The notes under the pieces: model-generated
The model's input: the letters and a program-made list of their open reading frames with translations, nothing else
The model's database searches: none
What the model was told of the DNA's origin: nothing
IMG/VR virus record: IMGVR_UViG_3300044833_000060
Location: 918-64,917 of that record
Direction: 5' to 3' (one strand)
Source: a virus
Lineage: Duplodnaviria > Caudoviricetes
DNA: 64,000 bases
Translations under genes and position numbers: made by a program
Shown here: positions 10,179 to 19,608 of the stretch, piece by piece
How the letters are laid out: each line of letters opens with the position of its first letter
How positions within the stretch are numbered: position 1 is the stretch's first letter

Positions 10179-10451
10179 TCATGCGAGTAAGTGTCCCTTC
10201 TGGTGGCTGACCAAGCAAAACGGGCAGTACGTATCCACGCAGCAGACCTTGGCGCAGGGCTTGCACAATTCCATACTGCAATCTCCGCAGAACGTAATCG
10301 CCTTGCGTGCCGAGAATTCCGTTTCACAATTCGCGCAATAAGTTCCCCAGGCGATGTTGGCTTTCATGGCCGCGCGGCGTTCCATGCGCTCCACAATTTC
10401 TAAAGCTGTTTCTGAGCGGTAGGAATCGAGGTGAAAGGTTTGAGTAGTCAT
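10179..10451 (-). CDS. Cys-rich Zn-finger protein
   Basis: CANC, CGDC, CKPC, CC...CPFC. Confidence 0.5.
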   Translation of the reverse strand: MTTQTFHLDSYRSETALEIVERMERRAAMKANIAWGTYCANCETEFSARKAITFCGDCSMELCKPCAKVCCVDTYCPFCLVSHQKGHLLA

Positions 10452-11131
10452 TCCGCCTCCGCCAACTTCTTCATATCTTCCAGTGCGGCTTCGTTGTCAT
10501 CAAAGAATCGGCATGGATTGATCTTGAAGTTCGGGTCGCTGGCGTCGTAAATCTTCATTGCGGCCAGCAAGGTATCGAATCGGGCTTCGAGTTTCTTCCC
10601 CTCTACTCCCGCCAAAGTTACGACCCATCCCGCACGGCAGTGCTTCTTCTCGCAGGTGTGCCATGTTTCCATTCGTAACGCCTCAGGCTGCGATGCGGCA
10701 GCGTAGACGGCTTTGTGGATGTCAGGGATTATCGGGACCGTAATCGGCTTGGCAATCCCAGCCACAGGTGCGGCATTTTCTAAATCGGAGCAACGGGAGC
10801 AACGGGAGCAACGGGAGCAACGGGAGCAACCGTAGCAATCGGAGCAACCGGAGCAACCGGAGCAATCGGAGCAATCGGAGCAATCGGAGCAACCGGAGCA
10901 ACCGGAGCAATCGGAGCAATCGGAGCAACGGGAGCAACGGGAGCAACCGGAGCAACGGGAGCAACCGGAGCAATCGGAGCAATCGGAGCAACCGGAGCAA
11001 TCGGAGCAATCGGAGCAATCGGAGCAACCGGAGCAACGGGAGCAACTATCAAGAGCCTTTTTTGCCGCCTCTTCCGAACCCCAGCGCTCAACTGAACAGC
11101 GATTACCGCGATCGTCTTTTATCCAAGTCAT
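10448..11131 (-). CDS. (Cys-Ser-X)29 repeat protein with C-terminal WHxC...HCRAGW domain
   Basis: GAGG RBS; central CSD/CSG/CSR repeats; C-terminal [16 protein letters not shown] motif. Confidence 0.75.
   Translation of the reverse strand: MTWIKDDRGNRCSVERWGSEEAAKKALDSCSRCSGCSDCSDCSDCSGCSDCSDCSGCSRCSGCSRCSRCSDCSDCSGCSGCSDCSDCSDCSGCSGCSDCYGCSRCSRCSRCSRCSDLENAAPVAGIAKPITVPIIPDIHKAVYAAASQPEALRMETWHTCEKKHCRAGWVVTLAGVEGKKLEARFDTLLAAMKIYDASDPNFKINPCRFFDDNEAALEDMKKLAEAE
10784..11044. repeat. 9-bp tandem repeat, 29 units (ATCGGAGCA / ACCGGAGCA / ACGGGAGCA)
   Basis: Counted directly: 261 bp, with one ACCGTAGCA variant unit. Confidence 0.97.
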
Positions 11132-11546
11132 GCGATTTCCTCTTTCTTAACTTGCGGGGTGGATTGGCTCGGCTTCTTGGGGGAGTCGGGAGAGGGAATT
11201 AAGACAGGATTGTGCGAGGCTTCCACTCGCGTCCTCGGCGCGCCCGAGTTTGTCAGATCATCCACCCGCCTCTGAGCTGTGCGCGTTGGGCTGACCCGGT
11301 TACCATTCGTTTCTTCCCGTCGATCTTCTGACCGAGTTGCGTGCCCAAATCCGCCGAATGGCCTAAGCGACGGACCAATCGTGTCCGCCGCAGTGGGTAT
11401 GTCAATCTTCTTCGTCAGTCCATTTAGTTCCGCAATTGATGCAGTCGTGCTGTCCTTCATGATTTTGGCGCTTCTGACACTGCGCACCGCACGCGGGACA
11501 GTGACTTTCTCCGCAGAGCATCCTTCCGTCGTCCATACTTCCTCCT

Positions 11547-11810
11547 TTACTCGGCGTGAAGCGCCTGAATTACCGCTGAGTTGATTGTGTTCAGATCGGC
11601 CTCCGTCGCTTTGCGCAACGTCACCCACTGGCCGTCTGGGTGTTTGTATAGAATCCATCCCGCTAGGTAATGGCCCGAGTACACGAGCTTCATTCGGCGC
11701 TTCGACTTGTTGTCGTAGAAGTTCAGCCCCGCCGGATCGCTGTTCATCACTTCCAGTTCCGACGATGCTTTCATGCGCTTCTCCTGCGCTCGTCGTCGAA
11801 GCGTTCCCAC
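11547..11810 (-). CDS. Hypothetical phage protein (probable start MKASSE at 11774)
   Basis: GGAGA RBS; GWILYKHPDGQWVTLRKAT is protein-like; nested in a longer ORF in another frame. Confidence 0.5.
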   Translation of the reverse strand: MGTLRRRAQEKRMKASSELEVMNSDPAGLNFYDNKSKRRMKLVYSGHYLAGWILYKHPDGQWVTLRKATEADLNTINSAVIQALHAE

Positions 11811-12516
11811 TTCGCGTCGTTGGCTCCAGCCTTGTAGCCTTCGTCGTAGTCGAAGTCGGCGAAAGGCTTGATGTATTCAGGCTTGACTTCACAGAACGGC
11901 GCGCGCCCTGCGTTGCCATCGCGATATCCACGGCGATAGGCAACTGAGACACGTTCGAGTGTTTGGTTGCTGAGCATACTGCCTCCATTTCTGACGGTCT
12001 TAAATTGTCTCTTTCGTCATAGAAGCGCGAAGGAATTGGTTCAGGTGGACGAAGCTCACCATTGGGAAAGCAGAAGTTATTGAACAGCGTGCCGAATTTC
12101 AGCTTTTGGGTGTGAATGAGTTCGGCTTGCGCCTGAGCCGCCGTGATTTCCTTTTTCGTCTTAAGGAGCGGCGCGATGGCTGGCTTGCACTTTTGGCAGC
12201 GCCGCCGCGTGGCAGTGATGGGCAGTTCTTGGCAGCGGCTATCAAACTGGCTGAAGGTTATGGAATCATGGCCGCACTCCAGTTTTTCTTTCCAGATGCC
12301 TTTTTCAACCTGGGCACGCTCGACAACCAACCGCAACGGGGACTTTCCCAAGAGCCGCTCCATTAACTCGGAATGAAGCGATAGGGGGAAGCTCGGGGAT
12401 TGTACTAGACCGAACGGAGCGACCGGCGCGGCTTTACATAACACTTCTAATCGCTTGTTATCGGAAGCTGAGTCGGGTTTGGCGCGTAGATTCATGGAGT
12501 TATGCACTTTACGTAA

Positions 12517-12678
12517 TCAGGCGGCAACGCCTTCTTTTGTGGCCAAAGCGCGGAGACCGAGCCTGATGATCTGAGACTCGCCGACTCCGAGTTTCTTCAT
12601 TAAGCGGATAAGCAACTGCATATCGTCCTCGGTTGGCCTGAGTCCGACCAGCGTTTTACCCTGCTTAATTTTCTTCAT
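12517..12678 (-). CDS. Ribbon-helix-helix (Arc/CopG-like) regulator, first gene of the leftward operon
   Basis: VGLRPTEDDMQLLIRLMKKLGVGESQIIRLGLRAL; lies directly below a strong promoter. Confidence 0.65.
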   Translation of the reverse strand: MKKIKQGKTLVGLRPTEDDMQLLIRLMKKLGVGESQIIRLGLRALATKEGVAA

Positions 12679-12684
12679 GGCATG

Positions 12685-12713
12685 AATGTATAGCAGCGCT
12701 AAACAGGTGTCAA
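12685..12713 (-). promoter_or_regulatory. Sigma70-type leftward promoter, likely leaderless transcript
   Basis: TTGACA-17 bp-TACATT on the minus strand; ATG begins 6 nt after the -10 with no SD. Confidence 0.75.
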
Positions 12714-12842
12714 GATAATTCTTCAACTTTATTCGCTCTACAGTCAATCACTTAGCGGGAATGCCGGGAAAGGGAATTAACGGGACACGATATCCACAGA
12801 AACTTGCATCGGTGTGCTACACAGTGTTTACGGGGTGAGTGA

Positions 12843-13487
12843 ATGCAGAGATTGCTTTTGGTTCTGATGATCTGTGTCGCGGCGCGAGCGCAAGTATCGA
12901 CGTCGGGCGGGTGCGAGTTATCCGAGGGCGCCACTACATGTGGTAGTCATAAAATCTCCCCGGGCATAACACCGCTAGATATAGTTGACGTCGGGCGGCC
13001 TTCGGAACAGTCGGGCGGCACCGTCGAACTTCCTAACAGCCCCGGCTATGAGCGCCACTGCTACACCAACACTGAAGCGAAAACGATGATCGAGATTGCC
13101 TGCGATCAAGTTCCAAAGGTCAGCAAGGTGCGGGACTGGGCTCCAATCGTCGTCATTCCGCCAAAGCATACGTCGTTTTGGGAAGGGAGTAAGTATCCGG
13201 AAGCGATCCGGAGTAATCACGAAGTCTTTCACAGTAAGAGCTTCATTGCGCTGAATGTCGGCATATGGGCATCGGTCGGCGCGAATCTGGCGCGGAACTG
13301 GGGCAATTACAAACACGATCAGCCCCACGGTGGAGAACTCTTGCTGGACGACATGCTACCAGCGGCAGTGAACTCGGCAATGGTATGGGGGTCATACCGG
13401 TTCATTTGGGCTCCGATCGGCGTAGGGACGGCAGGGTACGGAATTTATCGAAACACCGAGTCCACAATCAGTGGCGTTTACTTCTAG
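12843..13487 (+). CDS. Exported/membrane protein with signal peptide
   Basis: MQRLLLVLMICVAARA|Q; hydrophobic C-terminal segments. Confidence 0.6.
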   Translation: MQRLLLVLMICVAARAQVSTSGGCELSEGATTCGSHKISPGITPLDIVDVGRPSEQSGGTVELPNSPGYERHCYTNTEAKTMIEIACDQVPKVSKVRDWAPIVVIPPKHTSFWEGSKYPEAIRSNHEVFHSKSFIALNVGIWASVGANLARNWGNYKHDQPHGGELLLDDMLPAAVNSAMVWGSYRFIWAPIGVGTAGYGIYRNTESTISGVYF

Positions 13488-13926
13488 ACCACAAGGAGTA
13501 AACACTCTAAACGTAAATACGTTGAATACCTGACTAAGTTGAGATACAGATTGTGGTGAGCATCCCCTCAGACACTTGCAGTTCGGTCAGCGGCCCGCAC
13601 AAAGCCTCACCAACCTCACAACTAGACGTGTCGAAAAACGATTTAGTTCCCACCTATTTTGACGGCGAAGATAGAAGCCGTCCCTCGTCCGAATTGAAGT
13701 CGCGTTCTGAAATAAAAGAGCGGCGGAAAGCCGGGCTCTTGCATGGCGGATATGTCTCGAATGGCGCGATATTCATCATTTTCCGCCCATTTTCCGCCAA
13801 GCCTGAAGCGGATCGCGAACGGCTGATAGCGTCAGGAAATATGTCAGATGCCTGGATTCAAATGCAGTCTGGATATGCAGGGCCGATGGTGTTGCAGATG
13901 CCTCCCCTTGAAATCCCTGCAATGCA

Positions 13927-14331
13927 ATGAGCGCGATTCGCCTACCTGATCTTTCTAAGCTCCATTGCAAACCAGTAGTACGGTGTGAATGCCATTTAGT
14001 TCAATTTGAAAATAGAGAAACGTGCCGCCGGTGCAAAATTCCGTTTGCCGTCGAAGAACCTGAGCCGACGGTAATTGTGAAAGAAGTGATTCCGTTTAAG
14101 CTCGTCAATATCACCTTGGATGGTCGGATAGCCCTGGCGTTGAAAATAGTGCGATGTGCTCAAGGTCTCTCTCAGAAGGATATGGCGCGGCGCATTGGCA
14201 AGTTTAGAACGCATATCTCAAAAGTAGAGCGCGGACTTAATCAGCCTAGACTTCGAGTGTTTGGGGAATATGCACGCGCCTTGGGTGTGACACCTTACGG
14301 ACTAATGCTGATTGCTGAGGCAATTGATTGA
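13927..14331 (+). CDS. Zn-ribbon plus XRE (HTH_3) transcriptional regulator
   Basis: CECH...CRRC; LKIVRCAQGLSQKDMARRIG..RTHISKVERG...P.L......ARALGV. Confidence 0.8.
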   Translation: MSAIRLPDLSKLHCKPVVRCECHLVQFENRETCRRCKIPFAVEEPEPTVIVKEVIPFKLVNITLDGRIALALKIVRCAQGLSQKDMARRIGKFRTHISKVERGLNQPRLRVFGEYARALGVTPYGLMLIAEAID

Positions 14332-14420
14332 CTTTGCGGATCAGCTAAACCGATCTGCAAGAGGGGCGTGTTGGAAAATGCAGCGAACATCGCTCGAACC
14401 CAAAGAGCCCCTCTTAAATA

Positions 14421-14909
14421 TTGGATATGGCAGAATTTAAGATCCGGTTCATCAACTCTCCTGGCTTCATTTCGGAAGCAATCGACCTGGTAACCAACTC
14501 GCTCTGGGACCATGCCGAGATTGAGACGGAAACCGGTACCTGGATCGGGGCGCACGCTTCTGGTGGCGTGGAAGAGAGGCCAGCTAATTACTGTACCCCG
14601 ACACGTGAGCGGCGTTACGCGATACCGTGCAGCGACAAGCAATTGGCTTCAATGATGACATACGCACGCTCGAAGATCGGGGTTACTGAATACGACTACG
14701 AAGACATTGGCGGGTTGCTGTTCCGCAACCGCAAACTGCACACTGATGGGCGCACTATCTGTAGTGCCTTTGTGCTGCTCACCGCGTCCACTGGCGGCAT
14801 CTGGATGCTCAACGTGGAACCGGGATGGGAATATCTGGTCACGCCCGAAACACTGCATTTAAGCCCATTGCTCCGTGGGCACTGCACCTATAAGTTTGAA
14901 AAGTCTTAA
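14421..14909 (+). CDS. Permuted papain-like amidase (YaeF/YiiX, permuted NlpC/P60)
   Basis: WDHAEI (His) precedes YDY...ICSAFV (Cys) and VTPETL. Confidence 0.75.
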   Translation: MDMAEFKIRFINSPGFISEAIDLVTNSLWDHAEIETETGTWIGAHASGGVEERPANYCTPTRERRYAIPCSDKQLASMMTYARSKIGVTEYDYEDIGGLLFRNRKLHTDGRTICSAFVLLTASTGGIWMLNVEPGWEYLVTPETLHLSPLLRGHCTYKFEKS

Positions 14910-15168
14910 ATGCCTACCTTCCTCTTGGTGCTAAGTATTATTGGCACGACGGTCGCCGCTACACAGAATGCGACCTACATAGTCAGCGCAATCAAGGCGG
15001 TTCACCACCACACGACTCACCCAATGTACAAGCATGTTTTAAAGCCAATCGGCAAGGCTGTCACCGCCTCTTGAGTCATGCAATACGTTTACTTTCTGCT
15101 CGCCTCGGCTGCAATTATCGCGGTCATTCTTCTCGCCAAACGCGAGAATCGAAAGGAGAAGGAACGCG

Positions 15169-15468
15169 ATGAACGAACTGATGAGCAAGATTTTGGGTGC
15201 TAGCTGGCGGACCACGCTGGCGGGAATTGCGGCGTTTCTTTCTGGCGTGCCGGGATTCATAACGGCTCTGAGTTCATGGGCCGCGCATCAGCCAGTGAAC
15301 TGGCGCGAAGTGGGAGTCTCGGCGGCGCTAGCAGCTCTCGGCGCCGGATTGGCCAATGCTAAAGATGCCCAGGTGCATTCCACTCTACTTCAGGTGGAGA
15401 CTTCAACAGTCAAAGCAGCGGACGCTAAGAATCCAGCAGGCAACGCTGTGGAGGTTACAAAATTATGA
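15169..15468 (+). CDS. Holin-like membrane protein
   Basis: SWRTTLAG...two TM segments...AKD; lysis-cluster position. Confidence 0.55.
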   Translation: MNELMSKILGASWRTTLAGIAAFLSGVPGFITALSSWAAHQPVNWREVGVSAALAALGAGLANAKDAQVHSTLLQVETSTVKAADAKNPAGNAVEVTKL

Positions 15469-15623
15469 TCTCTCTTATCCTGTTAGTTTTTGCATTCGTC
15501 TTGGCTTGCTTGGCCGCGCGCAACATTGGTGCTCCGAGTTGGTCGTTAGGATGGGCTGCGATGGCCTGTTACTTTCTCAGCCTGCTGCTAGGGAGTGCAG
15601 GGCTGGCTACTCACTGGCGCTAA
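15465..15623 (+). CDS. Small 2-TM protein (52 aa)
   Basis: Below the ORF-track cutoff; MISLILLVFAFVLACLAARNIGAPSWSLGWAAMACYFLSLLLGSAGLATHWR; GGAGG RBS. Confidence 0.55.
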   Translation: MISLILLVFAFVLACLAARNIGAPSWSLGWAAMACYFLSLLLGSAGLATHWR

Positions 15624-15627
15624 CGCG

Positions 15628-16023
15628 ATGGCTGACAAAATTTCGCCGATTGACCCGACCGCGAATGTTCTTAGCCTAGTAGCGGCGGCGATGAAGCGGC
15701 AGGATGATCTCAGGGAGCAGTCTGAGAAGTTTTACGAAAAGCTGATGGTGCAACGCGCCGATTTCGAACGGGAAGCGAAACGCGCGGAGGCTAGTCGCAT
15801 TGATGCTTTGTTAGCGGCGAATACAAACAATGTGGCGCTAGCCCTAGAGAAGCAGGGAACGCAAGCGGCAGCGCAAGACAAGAGAATCGCGGCCGTGGAA
15901 CAGAACCAATACCAAGGAGTGGGGGCGACCGGACAACGATCAGAGGGACGCCAGCAGTATCAATGGGCCATTGGCCTAATCGGCGGTTTGGCACTTGCAA
16001 TTGTGCTGCATTTTTGGAAGTGA
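15628..16023 (+). CDS. Coiled-coil protein with C-terminal TM anchor (lysis-associated)
   Basis: IDPTANVL..V.AA.KRQDDLR...; C-terminal WAIGLIGGLALAIVLHFWK. Confidence 0.55.
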   Translation: MADKISPIDPTANVLSLVAAAMKRQDDLREQSEKFYEKLMVQRADFEREAKRAEASRIDALLAANTNNVALALEKQGTQAAAQDKRIAAVEQNQYQGVGATGQRSEGRQQYQWAIGLIGGLALAIVLHFWK

Positions 16024-16505
16024 AATGACCAATGCAGCCAGACCGCCAGAAGTTAGAAGAGGAGATCAAGACGCTGCAGGAATACCGAGGGCAATGCGAT
16101 GAGGGTTTATGGCTGCAAAAAGTCATTGACGCATGGATTTCCGTACTGCAAGCACGGCTGACGAAAGATGGAATGTAGCGTGAATTGGATAACATGGAAT
16201 GGCTCCCTCTTTCATTTGGCGCACTATTTTCTCTTCTTTCTGGGTCTTTACTTTTTCTTCTTAAGCGTCGTTACATTCACGAAGATCGAGTTGAAGCGGC
16301 ACGCAACCTTAAAATTGAAGCAATCCGCGAAGGCCTCGAAGCCCATAAGCATCGCTCCGGCCTGCAAACCAATAACATCCAGTACCGCATGGGGATCATG
16401 GCGGCACAGATTCAGCGGGTTATCCCCGAAGTGGACATTCCAGACTGGCCAAGCGGCGGATGAGTTGGTCAGGCTGATTGCGATCAAGTCAATTCATGGC
16501 GACTG

Positions 16506-17060
16506 ATGAGAACCTACCGCCAGGCATCCGGGATTTTACAAGATTCCATAGGCAAGACCATCGGCGTTGGTTACTCAGGCCAGCCGCCTCACACCAACAA
16601 TCCTGCAGACGAGGGATTAGATGGCTTAGGGCCAATTCCTTGCGGCATCTGGAAAATGACATCTTTGGAATTGACGACTGAGAAACACGGCCCGGATGTA
16701 ATCGTGCTTGTGCCTGACTTTGTAACCCGCATAAGAATTATCGCTTCTGGCCGCGATCCGGATTCTTTTCGAATGCATGGCGAGCGCACAAAGCCGCCGG
16801 CCGGATTTGCCTCGGATGGCTGCATCATCATGCCGCGGCAAGTTCGAATGGAATGCTGGAACTCAAATGACCATGATTTGCAGGTAATACACCAACAGCC
16901 CCAACTGCCAGTTAATTTCGACTGGCCCACGCCGCCCGTTGATCAATGCGGGGTCGGGGCTGCACTGATCAATTTGTGGCAAGCTCAAATTGAATGGATT
17001 GGCAAAGTGGGGATCGGTCCGGTGCCCAACGTGCCTAAGCCGCCTACTGAAGAAGAATAG
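16506..17060 (+). CDS. Tlde1/DUF2778 L,D-transpeptidase-fold peptidoglycan enzyme (candidate endolysin)
   Basis: GYSG....NNP......GPIPCGIW...FRMHGE......ASDGCII. Confidence 0.8.
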   Translation: MRTYRQASGILQDSIGKTIGVGYSGQPPHTNNPADEGLDGLGPIPCGIWKMTSLELTTEKHGPDVIVLVPDFVTRIRIIASGRDPDSFRMHGERTKPPAGFASDGCIIMPRQVRMECWNSNDHDLQVIHQQPQLPVNFDWPTPPVDQCGVGAALINLWQAQIEWIGKVGIGPVPNVPKPPTEEE

Positions 17061-17075
17061 CAGTCTGGGGAGCAA

Positions 17076-17639
17076 GTGAGTTCGCCACTAAGCAGGAAAC
17101 AAAAACGCGCTCGATTTGTTGCGGAGTACCTAGTCGATGGAAACGCTACAAGAGCCGCGCAGGCAGCAGGTTACAGCAAAAAGACCGCTTACTCGGCTGG
17201 TGGCCGCCTGTTGAAAGATGTTGAAATTAAGCAATTACTTGTTGAAAAGAATGCTGCAATTAACAAGAAATTAGAAGTTTCTGTTGAGAGAGTTCGCGAT
17301 GAGTTAGCGCGGCTTGCCTTCTTTGACCCTCGCAAGTTCTTCAAAGAGGACGGTTCGCTTGTGCCAATCACGGAACTCGATTCCGATACTGCAATGTGCT
17401 TGGCGGGCATGGAAGTCAATGAATTGTATGAGGGGCGCGGCGAAGACAGAGAACTAATCGGCTATGCGAAGAAATTCAAACTAGCCGACAAGGGACAAAA
17501 TCTTGAGCGCCTCGGGCGATACCTGAAGATGTTTACGGATCGCGTGGAGGTTGTACCTGACGCCGACTCTACAGAGCGTCTTGCAAGCCTACTCACCCGA
17601 GCGGCTGGCAGGGCTAGTCAAGCATCTTCACCCCGATGA
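17076..17639 (+). CDS. terS: Terminase small subunit
   Basis: RFVAEYLVDGNATRAAQAAGYSKKTAYSAGGRLLK...LARLAFFDPRKFF...KFKLADK..NLERLGRYLKMF. Confidence 0.93.
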   Translation: MSSPLSRKQKRARFVAEYLVDGNATRAAQAAGYSKKTAYSAGGRLLKDVEIKQLLVEKNAAINKKLEVSVERVRDELARLAFFDPRKFFKEDGSLVPITELDSDTAMCLAGMEVNELYEGRGEDRELIGYAKKFKLADKGQNLERLGRYLKMFTDRVEVVPDADSTERLASLLTRAAGRASQASSPR

Positions 17640-18294
17640 ACAGCGTGAACTGGCGGACATTCTTGAGCAGGAAGAAAACCGCACGGTTTGGGATGACATT
17701 GGAATCAGGGAAGCATCTTGGGAACGCGGTCCATTACTGTGGCTGACACAGCATACCAAAACCGAAGATACCCACTGGATGGATACGGGAACGGAATTCC
17801 GCGTGCCGTTTCCCCGGAAGTCTTATTTGCGGGTAGTCATGCAGTATCTGTTGAGCGACAAAGTTGTCTTCCTGCAGAAGTCGCGCGAGATGCTCATGAG
17901 TTGGCTGGTATGCGGATTTATTACATGGGAATGTCAATGGTATCCGGTCTTCTGGCTGGCGCAAACCGGCAAAGAGGACAAGGTCGCGGAGTTGATTCAA
18001 TATGCCCGGACTTTATATCAGAACCAGCCGGAATGGATGCGCAAGCGGAATCCGTTAGTTGTAGACAACGAATTGGAATTAACTTGGCGCGCCGGCGGAC
18101 GTTTTCTGGGAGTGCCGAAGGGAATGGATCAGGCAAGAATTCACCATCCCAAAGGCTACTTCCAGGACGAATCGGCGTTTCTGCCGGAAGCTCAGCAAGC
18201 CTTTGACGCTGTACGGCCAGTCTGCCGGCAAGTGGTATGTGTGAGTACGGATGAGATTGGATGGTTTCACAATGAATGCAAATTGGAGGGTTAA
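17551..18294 (+). CDS. terL: Terminase large subunit, N-terminal ATPase domain only (split gene, part 1)
   Basis: PFP adenine-binding-like region, LQKSREMLMSW (Walker A-like), YFQDESAF (Walker B), VCVST (motif III), then stop. Confidence 0.8.
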   Translation: MYLTPTLQSVLQAYSPERLAGLVKHLHPDEQRELADILEQEENRTVWDDIGIREASWERGPLLWLTQHTKTEDTHWMDTGTEFRVPFPRKSYLRVVMQYLLSDKVVFLQKSREMLMSWLVCGFITWECQWYPVFWLAQTGKEDKVAELIQYARTLYQNQPEWMRKRNPLVVDNELELTWRAGGRFLGVPKGMDQARIHHPKGYFQDESAFLPEAQQAFDAVRPVCRQVVCVSTDEIGWFHNECKLEG

Positions 18295-18295
18295 G

Positions 18296-18898
18296 ATGCG
18301 AAGCAATCGACTGATTGGTTTTACGATAGCGCTGCTTGTATTTTCCGGCGTGGCGGCTTTGGCGCAGTGGGGCGCGGGCGGAGTTTGGACCGTCCCGTCT
18401 GGCGGACTCTATTTGAACTGTCCAGCAAATTCTTGCTCGGTCACAGGGCAGACATTGAACTTTCCCGGACTCAGCGCCAAAAGCCAACTGCTGGCGGATT
18501 CGGCTGGTTCTGCTACGACGGCGCTTGTGAATAGCGGCATTTCCTTCCCGCTAGCGGCTGGCGAAACAGGCACTCTCGATTGCGAGGTCTTATTCACCAA
18601 CGGCAGCGGTGGTGGTTTGACTTTGGCCATCAATGGTCCAGGAACGCCGACTCAGGTCAGTATTCATGGTTCGATTGTGTCGGCGGTCACGACTACAAAC
18701 CAATACTACTCACAAGGCGCGACCTGGGCCGTGGCTCTCGGTGCTGCCACGAGTACGGTAACCACAATTCAATCCGCTAGGATTACGGCGGGTATTGAGA
18801 ACGGCACTACGGCAGGAACGCTGGCTCTCCAGTTTTCCGATGTCAATACGACCGGATCAACGGTGATCAAGCGCGACTCTTGGTGCTCGTTCCCGTAG
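18296..18898 (+). CDS. Exported beta-rich protein with fibre-tip-like C-terminal domain
   Basis: Signal peptide MRSNRLIGFTIALLVFSGVAALA|Q; GISFPLAAG...GTLALQF...TVIKRDSW. Confidence 0.6.
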   Translation: MRSNRLIGFTIALLVFSGVAALAQWGAGGVWTVPSGGLYLNCPANSCSVTGQTLNFPGLSAKSQLLADSAGSATTALVNSGISFPLAAGETGTLDCEVLFTNGSGGGLTLAINGPGTPTQVSIHGSIVSAVTTTNQYYSQGATWAVALGAATSTVTTIQSARITAGIENGTTAGTLALQFSDVNTTGSTVIKRDSWCSFP

Positions 18899-18916
18899 AA
18901 AGGAACTGTTTTATAT

Positions 18917-19105
18917 ATGAAGGCAAAGATAAAGACAACACAGTACACAGGTTTCTCTATTGGCGACACTGTCCGCCTAAATAGTGGAAGTCCGACTCTC
19001 ACTGTCGTGGCTATCCATGACGGTGATCTGTCAGTCGGCTGGATCGATGTTAATGGGCTTCAGCGCCTAAGTTTGCCTGCTGCTTGCTTTAATAAGATTC
19101 TGTGA
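18917..19105 (+). CDS. YodC/DUF2158-like small protein
   Basis: FSIGDTVRLNSGSPTLTV....W. Confidence 0.7.
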   Translation: MKAKIKTTQYTGFSIGDTVRLNSGSPTLTVVAIHDGDLSVGWIDVNGLQRLSLPAACFNKIL

Positions 19106-19608
19106 TTGACCGCTGCCTCTTCACGCCGAACGGCGACAATCCTCCCTCTCCAGTTCCCTTGGATGATCTTTGCACTGTTCCAACAGAGGAAATGGCGCAC
19201 CTGTTAGCCGATCTAATCACGGCCAATATGCCATTGGATGTTCTGGAGATCGGGACAGGCTCTGGCTATCAAGCGGCGATTCTCGCGCAGCGCTGCAGAA
19301 GTCTTGTGTCCGTGGACGTAAAACTCCAACCTGGCGTAGCGGAGAAACTCCCAAGCAATGTGGCCATCGTGATTGCGGACGGCTACGAGTTCGACAGTGG
19401 CGAGCAATTCGACGCGGTGCTAGTGACGTTCGCCGCCAGCCGCTTGGCATCATCGTGGGTCCAGCAAACGAAGATTGGCGGCCGATTAGTAGTCCCCATG
19501 CAAATGGCTACAGGCTGTCGCATCTCAGTCTACGAGCGAACGGAAGTAGGCGTGAACCTGCTTGACGTGGCGGCCTATGCACCATTTACGCCGGGAGCGG
19601 AAGCGTGA
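19102..19608 (+). CDS. Protein-L-isoaspartate O-methyltransferase (PCMT)-like SAM methyltransferase
   Basis: VLEIGTGSGYQAAILAQ...DG....FDAVLVT.AA......QTKIGGRLVVP...FTP. Confidence 0.8.
   Translation: MIDRCLFTPNGDNPPSPVPLDDLCTVPTEEMAHLLADLITANMPLDVLEIGTGSGYQAAILAQRCRSLVSVDVKLQPGVAEKLPSNVAIVIADGYEFDSGEQFDAVLVTFAASRLASSWVQQTKIGGRLVVPMQMATGCRISVYERTEVGVNLLDVAAYAPFTPGAEA

Noticed and set aside
10784-11044. Possible CRISPR array
   Set aside because: Contiguous 9-bp units with no unique spacers; in-frame coding repeat; no cas genes in the window.
10722-11202. Alternative-frame ORFs (LLR)n, (VAP/IAP)n and (SNR/SNG)n
   Set aside because: By-products of a stop-free 9-bp repeat; only the CSx frame has an RBS and a protein-like C-terminal domain.
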